Shown in pieces: positions 1-12,620 of a stretch of DNA of 64,000 nt. Source of the DNA: Perkinsus olseni (taxonomy: Eukaryota); contig JABANN010000114.1 in assembly GCA_013115125.1 (NCBI GenBank), forward strand, positions 1-64,000, given 5' to 3'. The notes below the pieces were generated by a model. That model worked only from the letters and a program-made list of their open reading frames with translations, did not search any database and was not told the origin of the DNA. The number at the start of each line of letters is the position of its first letter. The first letter of the stretch is position 1. The position numbers were made by a program, and so were the translations under genes.

Positions 1-484
1 TTCAGCAGTTCCGTCCGACAAGAAGCTATAGTTATTTTGGCCTATCGATCAAGTCCCCCGCACGTACGACATAAGGCGTTGTCGGAGCCATGCGCAGGAA
101 CGCAACTACCTGGTGTAACCTACGACGACATGCCCATGAGAGAGCCCTTAGGACGGACTTCCGGCGTTTTGGGAATCAGCTCTGACACTCTGCAGCCTGA
201 GCTTCATGAGGCACAGGCAATATCCGCTAAGTAGAAACTCCTTCGCTCCGCTCCGCTGCAACCGCAAAACTTGAGCAAACGAGAATGAACTGCGTCGTTT
301 ATGATGTGAATACTGTTGGTGCGGACGCTAGGAGGCTAGCTAGAGTCATGGCGCTATTCTGGTCACTGATTTGGAGCACTGATGTCTGATTCCCCAGGAT
401 ACTAGGCGCTGTCCATTTTTTGACGTTTCAACTTGCTAGTTTTGCCTCTTTGACAGCCGCATCGCGTGGCATAAAACGAAGGGC

Positions 485-2119
485 ATGACACAATCAGCTG
501 AGAACCGGACTGGAGATAACATCAAAGCTCCACTACTACCACACCTCGGCCAGAAGAAGCTCGGGGCCGACTCACCGTTCGATAATGACAGCATCGTCGG
601 AGGGTGAGCAGCATCATGTGGTATCGTGTCCTCCCAGTATGATTCCCGTGCAGGTACTCTGTTCTAACCAAGTCCATGATTGGAGGTGGTATGCTTGGCA
701 TGGCTTATGCAGGATGTCAATGGGGTAGCATGTCGTTGTCTACAGTGCTCCTTATCCGAGCTGCTCTCTTCCGTAGGTTTTGTAATGGGTATCTTAGCCT
801 GCCTAGTGACGGCTGGTATAACCTATTTCACAGTATACGTTCTGGCGGTGATGGCCATGGAGTACATGTCCGCTTCTAATGGGGAGCTCTCCTTCTTCAA
901 TGTCGCCAAATTCGTATCTCCCAAAACAAGCTGGTAATACCCCGGGTTATCGTTGGACACCGTCATTTTGTCACAAGTACCAGAAATCAACGACCTATTC
1001 TGTTTTCGGACTCCCTAATCGCCCTCGTTGTCTCAGGTTGATTGACCTGGGAGTAGCCGTCAAGGCGTTTGGTGCATCGGTTGCTTATATCCAGATAGTG
1101 GGAAGTCTGATGGCAGAGGTTGTACTTCAGGGCTTCTCACTCAGTATTGATCGCCAAATCGTTAAGTACATAGTACAGATAGTGTTGGTTGTACTACTGG
1201 CCCCCGCTGTGTACCGTAAATCAATCACCTCGACTAAGGCTGTGAACATGTTTGGCATAGCTAACTTAGCCTACTTGGCCTTATTGAGTATCGTTTATGC
1301 GCGCCCTTCCTGGGACAATGTTACTCTATGGCCACTATCGGTTTCGGGGCTCTTCTCTAGACTACCTGTTTTCATATTCTGCTTCAGCTGTCAGCAAAAC
1401 TTGTATAAGGTTTGTAACGAATTACGATATCCTACCCTGGGTAAGCTCGAAAAGATGGGTATTTGGACTGTATTGTCCGGACTAGTCATCTACACTACTG
1501 TGATGATTTTTCCATACATGACCTTTGGCGAGAATGTCGACTCAAACTTCCTTCACAATCTACCACTGGAATCTTATCCAGTGAAGTTGGGCTACATAGC
1601 AGCTAGTTTGAGCCTTGGTATTAACTTACCTTTGGCTATGCACCCATGCCGTAATTCAATAACTGTACTCTGGTATAAAGGCAACGTACCCAGCGACCCT
1701 GTCAAGGAACGAAGATTCAGGTATTATCGGGGATCTCGGCTCAGTTGTTGACGGTGCTAGTCGATCATGCTGGGATCTTGAGAGTCCATTACTTGTTGTG
1801 TTGCTCAGGGTTATGCTCACTACACTGCTCCTAGCATCGATTACCATCCTCGGCATGGCCGTGGATTCACTGGGGATAATTATGGAGCTTGCTGGTCTCC
1901 TTGGTGGCAATACAATGTGCTATGTGATGCCTACTTACCTCTATTGTGCCATGTTTACAGGCCAAAGGGACTGGTCTTGGTAAGCCGTCTTACTAGTGTT
2001 GTTTACAGTAGGTGCATTTCCCTCTTCTTCTCAGGTATCTGAGCGCGTTCTCCTTCTGCTTTTTCATGCTCCTATACCCAGTCTGTCTGATCTCTATTGT
2101 CCAACAGCATTTTCTATGA
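485..2119 (+). CDS. Amino acid transporter (AAAP/Aa_trans family), multi-exon
   Basis: Spliced reconstruction MTQSAENR...GYSVLTKSMIGGGMLGMAY...FIFCFSCQQN...FPYMTFG...PLAMHPCR...YVMPTYLY...QHFL*. Many hydrophobic helices; the IGGGML and FCFSCQ motifs are typical of Aa_trans permeases. Confidence 0.85.
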
Positions 2120-2262
2120 AACATGCTTCGAAGAATGTTATGTATCCTTGGAAAGTATGTGACAATTAATTGACACCACTTGTGAGATGTACTGTAGTTC
2201 ATAGGAAACTCTTTTGCTTTACCAGCCGGATAGACTCGTGGCATTACTCGTTTCTTACTCGG

Positions 2263-2292
<30 letters not shown>
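2263..2292. repeat. (CAT)10 microsatellite
   Basis: Ten perfect CAT units read directly, in the region between converging genes. Confidence 0.95.
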
Positions 2293-2294
<2 letters not shown>

Positions 2295-2504
2295 CAATTA
2301 CTCTTATCGCAACGCCGGTCCCGTGAAACATCTAACAACCGTGTACATTGCCATATCCTTGTGACGATTGCTACTTTCGGGGTTTGCTGAGCTTGGATAC
2401 GTTGTTGCGTTCCAGCACGACCAGCATGAGTGAAGTTTGGGAACTTGCACGTAGTATTACAGCCCAATGACGATTACATTCCCACCAGTGTACTGTCGGT
2501 AGCC

Positions 2505-3211
2505 TTAACATAACAACTGGTGAAATGTGGTTGAAGTATGACCATCATCGTGTTGTGCCACATCGACAATCACTCCATTCACATGCGCCATTGGCCATGT
2601 ACCTGATGAAAATGATAAACTAACCAGACCTGAGCTCGATACTCGAGGGAGTACCGCATTCCCCCAATGTATGAGTTCACGGCAAGAGTGGTGCAGAAGC
2701 AACCCACACAAACTTGTCCAGATTCGCATTGTGTCTTCCCATCGGGGCATTGAATTTTCTGACATAAAGTTTCTGTGCCATATGAGCAGCAGGATTGGTG
2801 TCATCCTTACTGCACTATTGAAGGTCTTACCTGTGCAGTCCTCGCTTCTACAAGTCTTCGCCGTCGTGATGCCGCGTACTCTAGCCTGTCATACCACGTG
2901 TAAGGATCATACCTAGCAATGCCGTTAAGAACAGGCGGCAGGGGAGTGTGATGCACCTCCTGCCACTACTATCGGCCTCAGGACGATTGGGGTCGCGCAA
3001 GTCCCCCCATCTACCAGCCCTTTCGAAGGAGTTTCTCTCAAACAAAGCCTGCGCCTCGGCCTGATGTATCGAAGCGTGGTCGATGCCCTGTTAAGGTTAT
3101 TGTTACCTGCCTGTCCCATCCCTTGGCATCATAAGCTGCAACCGCTAGTATATAGCAGTAAGCTACAAAGAGCCGCAACAGCAGTGGAGGCAATGTACGT
3201 ACAACAGCCAT
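2505..3211 (-). CDS. Hypothetical protein with possible signal peptide (3' end uncertain)
   Basis: MAVVRTLPPLLLRLFVAYCYILAVAAYDAKGWDRQ, then GT-AG-bounded exons (AQALFERNSFERAG; YDPYTWYDRLEYAASRRRRL; DDTNPAAHMAQKLYVRKF). No family recognised. Confidence 0.35.
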
Positions 3212-3549
3212 TGAGGGTAGAGAATACTCCTCTGATGTGTGCGCTAACAATACAACAATTCGTGGTAGCTGCTGAGGTCTCCTCTGATTTCCCGACTCGC
3301 AACGAGCGCAGATGAGATCCTGCCGCTGGGGGAAGAATTGACTACGGCGCTGGAGTTTTATGCCTCACGGCCACTGCGCAAACTGTTGTCTGTATTAACA
3401 AACACCACAAGGGAAGCAATCGATTATAATGACGGTCCCTGGCATCATCGATGACATCAGACTACGTGAGTCTGTAAGCTAATTAGAATCAGATAAGTCG
3501 TGTATCGTCATATTGAAAGTTGGCAGGGATTCAAGTAGATATGATAATG

Positions 3550-4043
3550 TACTCCTTCACAGGCCGCCACAATGGCAGCTTGTGTGGCCACGGTATCCTC
3601 AGGATGAAGAGTTGTGGGTCTTTGAGGTAGGCTTCGATGATGCCTTGCATTCTAGAAGCACGGACTTGTACGTTATATCAACGCTAGGGGGGTCCACCTA
3701 GGCAGCAGAAGGAGAAGAACGTCGGGAAGCAGCGGTAGACCCTACCACTTGCCAGTCATTAGTGTTAACTGGGGGCTCTGAATGTTCATGCACCACCCAA
3801 TCCTTCGTCAATGGGTCCTGGGCTTTGGGTCGCTCAGAGACACCACCATACTTCGATACCCACAATCTGAAGTTAGTGTGATACGGTCCGCTACTGTGGT
3901 GGTACCAGACATTCTCACCTGTTGTGTCCGTGTGCTACCCAGGGCCTTGACGTTATGGTCGCCGGGAGGGATGGGGCGGCATCCGGCTGCCTAGCGGTGC
4001 CCGATTGGCCCTGTCCTCTTGTCATATCAGTATTTTTCGTCAT
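3550..4043 (-). CDS. Small hypothetical protein (structure uncertain)
   Basis: ATG at 4043 (MTKNTDMTRGQGQSG) and splice-site-flanked exon LWVSKYGGVSERPKAQDPLTKDWVVHEH. Divergent from the acetyl-CoA transporter; end is approximate. Confidence 0.3.
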
Positions 4044-4165
4044 GGTTCACCAGCGGCGTATCTTGCGCTGTCTTGCCCACCTTGCAATTTCTCAGTGCAC
4101 AGACTTCCCAATTTTGAAGTTGCGTTCATAAAGTTGGTAAGTTGAATTGAGTTGTTCAGTTTTGG

Positions 4166-6556
4166 ATGAGTATGGCGGACTCATCCGATACCTCGACAAC
4201 GACTGGTAGACCGAAAAGAAGGGCTGCTGCTGCTGGCTCTACTAGGAAGGATATGAACGCAAGACAAGATACCGATGATAATGATCCAGAGTACCCGTAT
4301 AAGGGGGGTAAAGCCCCACAGCAGCCACCAGTGTCAGGGGAGAGTAATGATAACTCTACGCTTAGTGAAGGGAGTTGTTAGGACGCAGGTACGATGTCGT
4401 CCAGTAGTGAAGGGAATGGTGACGAAGGTCTCAAAAAGGACTTCGGCAGCATAGTGTGGCTGCTCATACTGTACTACTACATCTACAACCCTCGGCATAG
4501 CCCTGTTGATAGTAGCTGCATAGATACACACTACAGGGTATCCCCATGGGCATGTCTGGAGTATTCCCACTACTACTAAAAGATCAGGGGGCTACGTACG
4601 TCCATAGCCCATCGATATTGAAGGGTAGAGCATGACTGCAGATACTCCGAGTTGGCACTCTTCTCTATGTGCTCATGGCCATTCTCTCTGAAGATATTCT
4701 GGGCACCAATAGTGGATACAGTATACGTGAAATCGTGGGGGCGTCGTAAGACGTGGCTGGTAGTGCTAGCAGGTCTACAGTACTCGTCATGATTTCTATT
4801 CTTATAGGTACCATGCCAACTGTTAATATCGGTAGTGCTTTACTACCTCTCTCGTCACTACGCTGAGTGGCTCCGTGAGAATGATGTCACTCCGTTGTTT
4901 ATGTGCTTCCTGATACTGTAATAATGGTGTTGTTGTAGTCTATCAAGATGGCGTGCACTTAAGGTACTTCTTGGCGGCTACGCAGGACATTGCGGTCGAT
5001 GGATGGGCCATCACAATGCTGTCGAAGGAAAATGTTGGTTACGCTGGTAAGGGTACAACGGGCGATTAGCTTGTTCATTCACTGACGTCATCAGGCACGA
5101 CGAACTCAGTGGGACAGACTGCTGGATATTTTCTGTCTTTCTCTGGTTTTCTAGCTCTGGAGAAGTTGGGATTTGTCACCCTTGACACATTCATGGCTCT
5201 CATGGCCTTCATCTTTTTTGTCTGTACGATATAACAAGTTTAAAGTTGCAATCTCAACTCCGTGCTAAGGTACTGTGCTAGTAGCTGTTTTCAAGAGGGA
5301 GGACGACACACCTCAAGAAGATGAACCTGAGTCCCTCTCCCATGTCTATGCTACCATTTGGTGTACAATTTAGACACTCAAAAAGGCCAGCTGCGGCAGC
5401 GTGTGTGTATTTAGATATGTGTAAGATGCCGTGCATACAAGATGTGGTATACTTATTGATGGTCATGACGCTGCCCTTCGGCGCTGCTGACTCTGCTGGA
5501 CTCAAGCTACAGGAAAGAGGTGTACCCAAGGATGTAGGATATAGTATTATCACATGGTCTGTTCACCTTATTTGCTACTGCTGCTGCTTCCCAGGTTATA
5601 GCGCTTTTTGCAACACTGAGCACCCCTGCTTATATCCTACTACCTTGGATCCTCAGTAAATATGCAGCTTCTGCTCGCCCGTTGGCCATGATGAAAGCGG
5701 TGTACTTACCGAAAGTTATGCTTGGTAATACTTGACCATAGATCACTTGGTCGTCCTCACCGTGATCATTTGTTGCAGGTGTGGTATCCATGTTGTTAGT
5801 GGTGATATGCCCTACTAATGCCTTAACGAGGTAGTATAGGGCCGGGCAACCCTGGTCGGATCAATCAGTACTCAGGAGCAAAACACATCATGCTGAGCCA
5901 GGAGATGATGAAGTATCGATGCTTTACTATTGCCTATGCTTCGGTATATTGATAGTACATGCAGCCCTATCACAGGTGGGTGCCATACATCACTAATAGA
6001 CTATCGTAATTTTGTATATTCTTCACAGTGCATCTTCCTTGGTAAGATGTCATTCTTCTCACAAGTGTCGGATACATCGATAGGAGGCACCTACATGGTG
6101 AGGACTGTCAATGGATGTGACTAAGTCATCAACACCGCCGCTTAGACCTTTTTGAACACCGTCTCCAACATTGGCGGCACTCTAGGCCAGCAGCTAGGTC
6201 TTAGAGGTAAGCCCCAGTTCTCTCGCCTCATTTCTTCAGGCTAGTTTCTTCTTGTTCTTACAGCGCTCGATTATCTATCCGTAAGGAGCCCAACAACCGG
6301 CGAAGTCGTGGTGGACTCTTTTTACGTTACCTGCACGTTGGGTATCATTTTTGGCGTCGTTTGGTTTAAGTAATGCCCTTGTGTGCTGGCGTGTCTGTAT
6401 GATGAATCTAGATACTATGGGCGCTCCCTTATACAGCGGATAGAGGCTTACAGTCCGACCGACTGGTTGGTTCATAGTCAACAGCAGGGCACATCAGGAG
6501 GGCCTGAACATAAAGTTTTGAACAGTACGTCAGGAAGTGGTGGCAAGTTGGAGTAA
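4166..6556 (+). CDS. SLC33A1: Acetyl-CoA transporter (SLC33A1/AT-1, MFS)
   Basis: Exons encode IVWLLILY, GIPMG, WPFSLKIFWAPIVDTVY, GRRKTW, ATQDIAVDGWAITMLSKENVGYA, GQTAGYF, SDTSIGGTYM and FLNTVSNIGG, the hallmark AT-1 motifs. Confidence 0.92.
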
Positions 6557-6680
6557 CTGCGAAAGACCTATGCGTTTTCTTACATTTTATCATACTGTGT
6601 TGTTGAGTTCCCGGTCATGGTGGTAACAAGAACTTCGTGCTTTTGCTGCCTTAGTTTAATAATATCCGTTTGTTGCTGTG

Positions 6681-7027
6681 ATGGGCAACTCCTCCACCAC
6701 TACTTCTGGGCCGACGGCTGCTGCTGCCACACCACCCACTACTGATGGTGGCTCTAAGGGGTGTAACCCTAAAGTGTCCCCAACTACAGGGAAGAGGATA
6801 TGCTGTGTGTGCAAGGTGAGTAACTGCTGATGTTCCGATCGGGGACACGTGATTTTGCAGGAGACCAAGGCTGCGCGTGACGAATGTATCGTTATGAATG
6901 GTGAAGATAAATGTAGGCAGTTCATCCTTGCACATAATCAGTGCCTTAGGTAGTAACGTGCTATAGACTTTTACTATACTTCATGGTCCTGATCAGAGCT
7001 GAAGGATTCGAAGTAGAGGACAAGTGA
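6681..7027 (+). CDS. COX17: Cytochrome c oxidase copper chaperone Cox17 (3 exons)
   Basis: Spliced: ...GKRICCVCK|ETKAARDECIVMNGEDKCRQFILAHNQCLR|AEGFEVEDK*. CCxC plus twin-CX(8-9)C pattern. Not present in the ORF track. Confidence 0.92.
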
Positions 7028-7244
7028 GCATTGGTGACGGAAGGCAGCTGACACATGTTTCAGTTATTATTTTAACAACATCTTGCCTGTTGCGTGAGTT
7101 TATACGGTCGAGTGGCGGCTGTAGTGTAGGAGACTGCGATTATAAGGCTTCGTTTTCTGCGGTTGTCATCACAGTGGCCGTTCAACCTCGGATGTGTACA
7201 ATCTTGGTCGATTTTCCAGTGTTTTTTGAGTCTCTTTAACAGTG

Positions 7245-10200
7245 ATGGTGTCGACCAACGGAGTGGTAGATGATAGTAAATCTTCATCAGAAGGAGAGGG
7301 TCACTCCATCGGCAGTACACCTGGCGCCCTCAGTTCCCGCAGCGAGCTGCTCAACTTGATATCTGAGATAAAATCAAGAGTACAGGATAAACTCAGTACT
7401 ATTAATCTTGTCGGCCTCCTTGTACTTGTAATGTATCCTCAGCTGGTGTGGACTTTCCCATACCACAATTCATCCTCATCGGTCGGCAATCTGTCGGGAA
7501 GAGTCGTTTGGTCGAAGCTCTAGCTGGTGAACAGGTAATAAAACTCTGTCGACTACGTGTTGATGGCCTCTTCGTTATCAGTTCAATTTTGTGTCTGGAA
7601 CACTCGGCTCCAGGCGGCCAACAGTACTAGAGTTCCGTAATGATCCCAAGCTGGCCACATCACGATGGCAAATACTGAACACATCAACGCAGGTTTGGGA
7701 GGAGAAGACGATGTCACAAGTACAGCGCATTAACGCAGCTTTTATACCATGTGTTCTCCGTCGACTAAAGACCACTACTGGTGGCTGTGTGTTAGGTTTT
7801 GAAGACCGTTTCTGATGCCCATGAGTCGCTCGGTGCCAACGTGAGTAGAGACCCAATCTATGTTAGAGTGGAGGGCAAGAACTGCGTGGATATGCAGATC
7901 ACTGATCTGCCCGGTTTTCGGTCAGTGGCATCGATCGTGCATCGTATCTATCACATTCTTCCAACTTCTCAGAGAGTTCGCACTTGATAAGGAGAAGCAA
8001 TCCTTGGCAGACCAGATAGACGACCTGGTCAGCTCCTTTATGCACGACCCTCGTAATGTGATGCTGTGTGTTGAAGAGGTAGTAGTAGTGTGTGTTGCGC
8101 ATAGTGCTGCACTGTGGTTTTATAGGCCGGAGACGCTGCTAACCTTTCCACTCTGGCGCGGTGCAAGAGGGTAGATCCCTATTATAACCGGACTATACTT
8201 ATCAGGAATAAACTGGACAAGTAAGTCACAGGTGTCACGAGGCCATGCCCCTCATTCTGTCCTCAGGTATTACCGTGATCTTACAGCACAGAACATTAAC
8301 GAATGGTTGGGAGGGTGAGGAACGTGTTTTGAATGGTTTGCTCGACGTGAGCTTGCTGCAGATACGGCGATCTTCCGGATAATCTGGTGAAGTTCTGTCT
8401 CACATTACCGTTTTGGGATGAGAAGCATGGCGGTCCCCCCAAACCCTTCATAAAACTGAGGTACTTCCTTGGGCTCGCTGGTCTTTTCTCACTTTTGGCG
8501 GCTCAGGAAAGAGATGAATGATAGAGACATAGCTGAGGTGAAGTCAAAAGGGGCATCACAGCAGTTCATGCGGTATGTTGGTTTTGAGAACTTTGCTCGA
8601 TTTATGGAGAAGAAGATAGAGTCGCTGTTCACGTAAGCTATCATCGGCAGGGGGTGTTGAGTGCCATGTCTACTTGCCTGTGACAGAGAGTCCATCGGCC
8701 CGTGTTTGCGTAAACTTCAAGACTTGGACAAGGAATGGACGGATAAGCGAGATTCTAAGCAGCAGATGCTGCAGGACACAGACCCTGATCAGATAGTCAA
8801 CTCTAGTGATAATGCCGAGGTGCTCATGGCACTGGATATCGTAAACCGTACTCTCAGTTCGTGCGGCTGGAAGGTCCCTTTCGGAAGCTCTCAATCATGT
8901 TATGGAGGGCACTATCCGATCTGAGGTAGATCACCGCTGCTTAGTCTCCTCAATGTCATCGAGGTGCTCATCAGGTGAACCGGTTAACACTCGCAGACGA
9001 GTTGTATGAGTTCCACCAATGGATGCAGCTACAGGACTTCAGCCAAGATTTCCCTCTCCTCCCTACTGATGTAGTATACCCACTTTCACTGACTTCGCCA
9101 CTTTCTCTACTTCAGGACTTCGCCAGCCTTGATCAATACATCGAGTATCTTGAGGTTGAATGCAAGGCAAGTAGACCCGGAGCTCAAGATTGTTGTCCAC
9201 CTGTCTGCAGGTCCCATCATCGGATCAGCCTCTTAACGGTGGTGCACAGTTCAAGCGGCTGAAGTTCGAGTGTGAAGTATTCTTCCGGTTTTCCGATATA
9301 TGCGTTGATGTAAGGTTACTACCCGCGCATTCCCGTCATGATCACCACCTCCTCTTTAGGTTTCCAAGCGTGATGTTATACAGGCTCGAGGTGTGAGCGT
9401 CAGCCAAGTGAGTGCTACCCCTGTGTTTGTTGGTGTCATCAACCGAATGGTAGGTGTCTTGGCAAGATGTTATACTGAAGCTATTAGCTAAGGAAGGGCA
9501 GCAGAACGTCCGAAACAAGATCGCCTATGTCGGTCGACGTATTGAATGGTTTTTCCTCAAGCAGAAGGAGGTAATAGGCTTCATAACACTACCGTGCATA
9601 GCAGCAGGGACGGAGTGTCCTAGGTGGTTATTGAGTTTATGTCACATCTAAAAGGCTCCTGTGATGAGCACCTATATCCCCAGCTATTCAGTAAGAGAGT
9701 CAAGATGATACAGGATAACGAGATATGCCGAGAACTCATCTATCAGTGAGTTGATCGGTATCCATCCCTCAGCGTACCAGTCATGTATCGATCAGGAAGT
9801 TTGATCAAGCCTTGGAGCGGCAGTATGGGCTCTTCTTCCAGCTTTTCCAGAATACATTGCAGTCGGCATTTGCCAATCCCTGGGCCCTGGTTAAGGTGGT
9901 ATCCGCTGCGGCGTGTCGTTCTATCCGCACGCTTCTCGTCCTGTGTAGGCATCATCATGGCAGTTGGATCTTACTGATGATGGGTTCGAGGATATGTGCC
10001 TTCCGTCGTTCGATGATACCAAGGCTAGGATACCCATAGAGATCGAATGGAGATCACGGATGGAACGAAAACTGAGAAAACGATTGAATAGCATACCTAC
10101 TGATCCAGTAAGTACCATTAATCGCGATCATCGTACCCTCCGCAATGCTGCTGCTGATGTTAGTTGATGATCGATGAAGCTGTTGAGAAGATCCAAACCC

Positions 10201-10595
10201 TGATGATGATAACCTTCATCAACATCAGAAACTGTCTCTGTGACCAGCTGGAGCTCTTTGCGGATAGCTTCTTCCAGTTGCCTATGGCCAGGCATCTTCA
10301 AGGGGAGATGAGTACCATTCAGTTGCGACCAGAGGTAATTGTCACCATCGCGCCCAATGTTACTTTTATATCGATTCAGGATCGTGCTCCTTTCCTGGCT
10401 CAACGGAAGGGTCTAGAACAGGACGTGGAGGGCTCTAATGCCATGCTTGAGGATATTGAATGGTGTATAGACCAGGTAATTGTATCACCATTATAATCAT
10501 AGCCTTTTATCGACCATGGTCATCTTTAGATCCACACTTTTGCCCTTACGACCAAGGCTCGCCGATCACCATCAGATTGGAAGAAGAATTACTGA
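7245..10595 (+). CDS. Dynamin-related GTPase, DRP5/ARC5/DlpA-like, many exons
   Basis: G1 IGRQSVGKS, FNFVSGTLGSRRPTVLEF, G3 ITDLPGF, G4 NKLDK, and middle-domain LNGGAQFKRL. Ends SDWKKNY*. Confidence 0.88.
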
Positions 10596-10924
10596 CTGCA
10601 AGGGACCGAGGGATCGGTACACTTGAGTAGCCATCAGGGCTAGATACAGTTTGCAGATGTACCCTTGGCTCGCTGCTAACCGGTCCTCTTCCGCTGGTCC
10701 TCGCCTGTGTATATGTTCCCCCACGGTATTCGCAAATACTAAGAGATGTTCCTTCATATTTAACAGTTGTCTCGATCATAATTGCCTCTAGCGAAGTTTC
10801 CTATGAACAGTGAGGTATGAGTTACAGTGTCATTGAACGGTGGGTTGTTGCCACCACATACTGTAACGCAAGGTTGGGAGGAGAACGAAAGTTAACACTC
10901 GCAAATAACAAAGTATGGGGCTTA

Positions 10925-12190
10925 CTACCGTTTATTGCTATTATGGGATTGGTCAGCATCAGCAATCGCCCGGAACTGGTCTGCCAAGCTACACAGATTC
11001 CGCCTTGCGAATGAGTATGCTTTGTATGATCTCCTTGGTCGTCCAGATCCTCCAGGATTCATTCCTGTATCATGCAGCCAGTGATGGCATCCTTCAAATC
11101 GATTCGAAGTATTACCTGGGATAGTCTGTCTGAAAAATGGTGGTGGTATGAGAGTACCAGCCTCGACATCATCCGCCTCGGTATCTTCTTCACCTCCTTC
11201 TAACAGAAAGACTTCGTCCACTCAGACCTAACACTTGCTAAGTACCGCCGTTGTCAACTCTTCGCTTTATAGTATTTGCGAACGGTCCGATAATCTTCTG
11301 CATCTCATCCGTCTTGGTGAATGGCTCGAATGGAGTCACATCAAGCATAGCATGATTACAGTCGAAGACCACACATCCCTCGTTAAAACCTACGCCTCAT
11401 CGCGGTGGGGTTGGATGGAATATCGACGGCGACGGTACTACCTGTTATACCGCCATGAACTTGAAATGAAGGCCTACGAGCGAGTAGATCTAGTAGATTG
11501 GCGTTATAGCTGAAGGAATGGTATGGAGACCAATACCGTAACATCCCTGCATCTGTATTACAGTGGATGGCATTGATCCAGATAAAGGAAGCCTTGCCAT
11601 GCATAGTAGGGTGTTCGTCGTAGCCGGCACTCATAGCCTGACATACTCCTAGTAATAACATAGTAAACTCGAGATACCACTACTACCAGCATGCTCAAAA
11701 TCATAAACATCCGGATGGCTTTCTATATCCTCTTCAGTAGCTGGATAATGGACTAAGTCATCCTTCCATGGCCCGGTACACTTAGATACCTGCCATCAGC
11801 TCATCACTCAGTCAACAGAGTTACTGTGATTATTACGAATGCATCGAATTGGTCACGTTGTGGTGTAGTGAGCAGTTCTACATTGGACTGATTCCTCATT
11901 AAACTAAGCTGTTTCTCCTCTATCATCGAAGCATCGTCATCAAGCGTAGAGGAGGACGGCAGACCTACCCTCCAACAACAGCCTTCTGGTGCGCTTTTTA
12001 CGGAGTAGTAAATTATTACCCCTAAAACCTGGCGATGCAGCATGTGGACAGCTCTTAGGCCGCAGACTCTCGTCCTTGCGCTCCTCCTCGTCATCATTAT
12101 CACTCGAGCACTCTGGTATCTTTAATGATACTGCTACCCTATAAGTAGGCTTCCTTTGAGAAGATGTAGATTCAGCAGTACTAGCCTCCA
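10925..12190 (-). CDS. Hypothetical protein, multi-exon
   Basis: Chain of minus-strand ORF pieces separated by GT-AG introns (MEASTAEST...; GPWKDDLVHYP; FNEGCVVFDCNH; ...SHNSNKR*). No family recognised. Confidence 0.5.
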
Positions 12191-12620
12191 TAACAAATAA
12201 AACTACAGTAATGATGTAACCTCATCGCGACGCTCAACTGCGCAGATTATCGGGCCGTTGGGGAATTTGCTAGTCCTGGTAAGTGCGCAAGATTGCAAGT
12301 TACCGCTTCGTCCGCCATAGAATATTTTTACTTCTGCCTCAAAAAATCATGGCAGATGGTGAAAATCTAACTCTGGCTTTGGATAAAATTTGGTGAATGA
12401 GAGGGAACTGTGTTAGGAGGAGGAGAACTGTGGCAGAAGGAAGAGAACTGCGGCAGAAGAGAGGATATAGGTTCGGACCGTTCGGACCGGGTTTGAGTTG
12501 TTTTCGAAACTCAGAGTCTGTGTAATTAACGTGTATAAATCGTTTCCAGATGCGTTCCTGAGTTCCAGATTCGGTACACTGAGCAGAGGGGTAGTCCACG
12601 GTAGTCGATAGGAGAGTTTC

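Noticed and set aside
241-253. CTTCGCTCCGCTC also found at 56688-56700 (minus strand) upstream of a gene
   Set aside because: A repeated 13-mer is expected by chance in 64 kb read on both strands; insufficient to call a promoter motif.
1993-2467. Poly-His, poly-Met and poly-Asp ORFs
   Set aside because: Artefacts of the (CAT)10 repeat in UTR/intergenic sequence.
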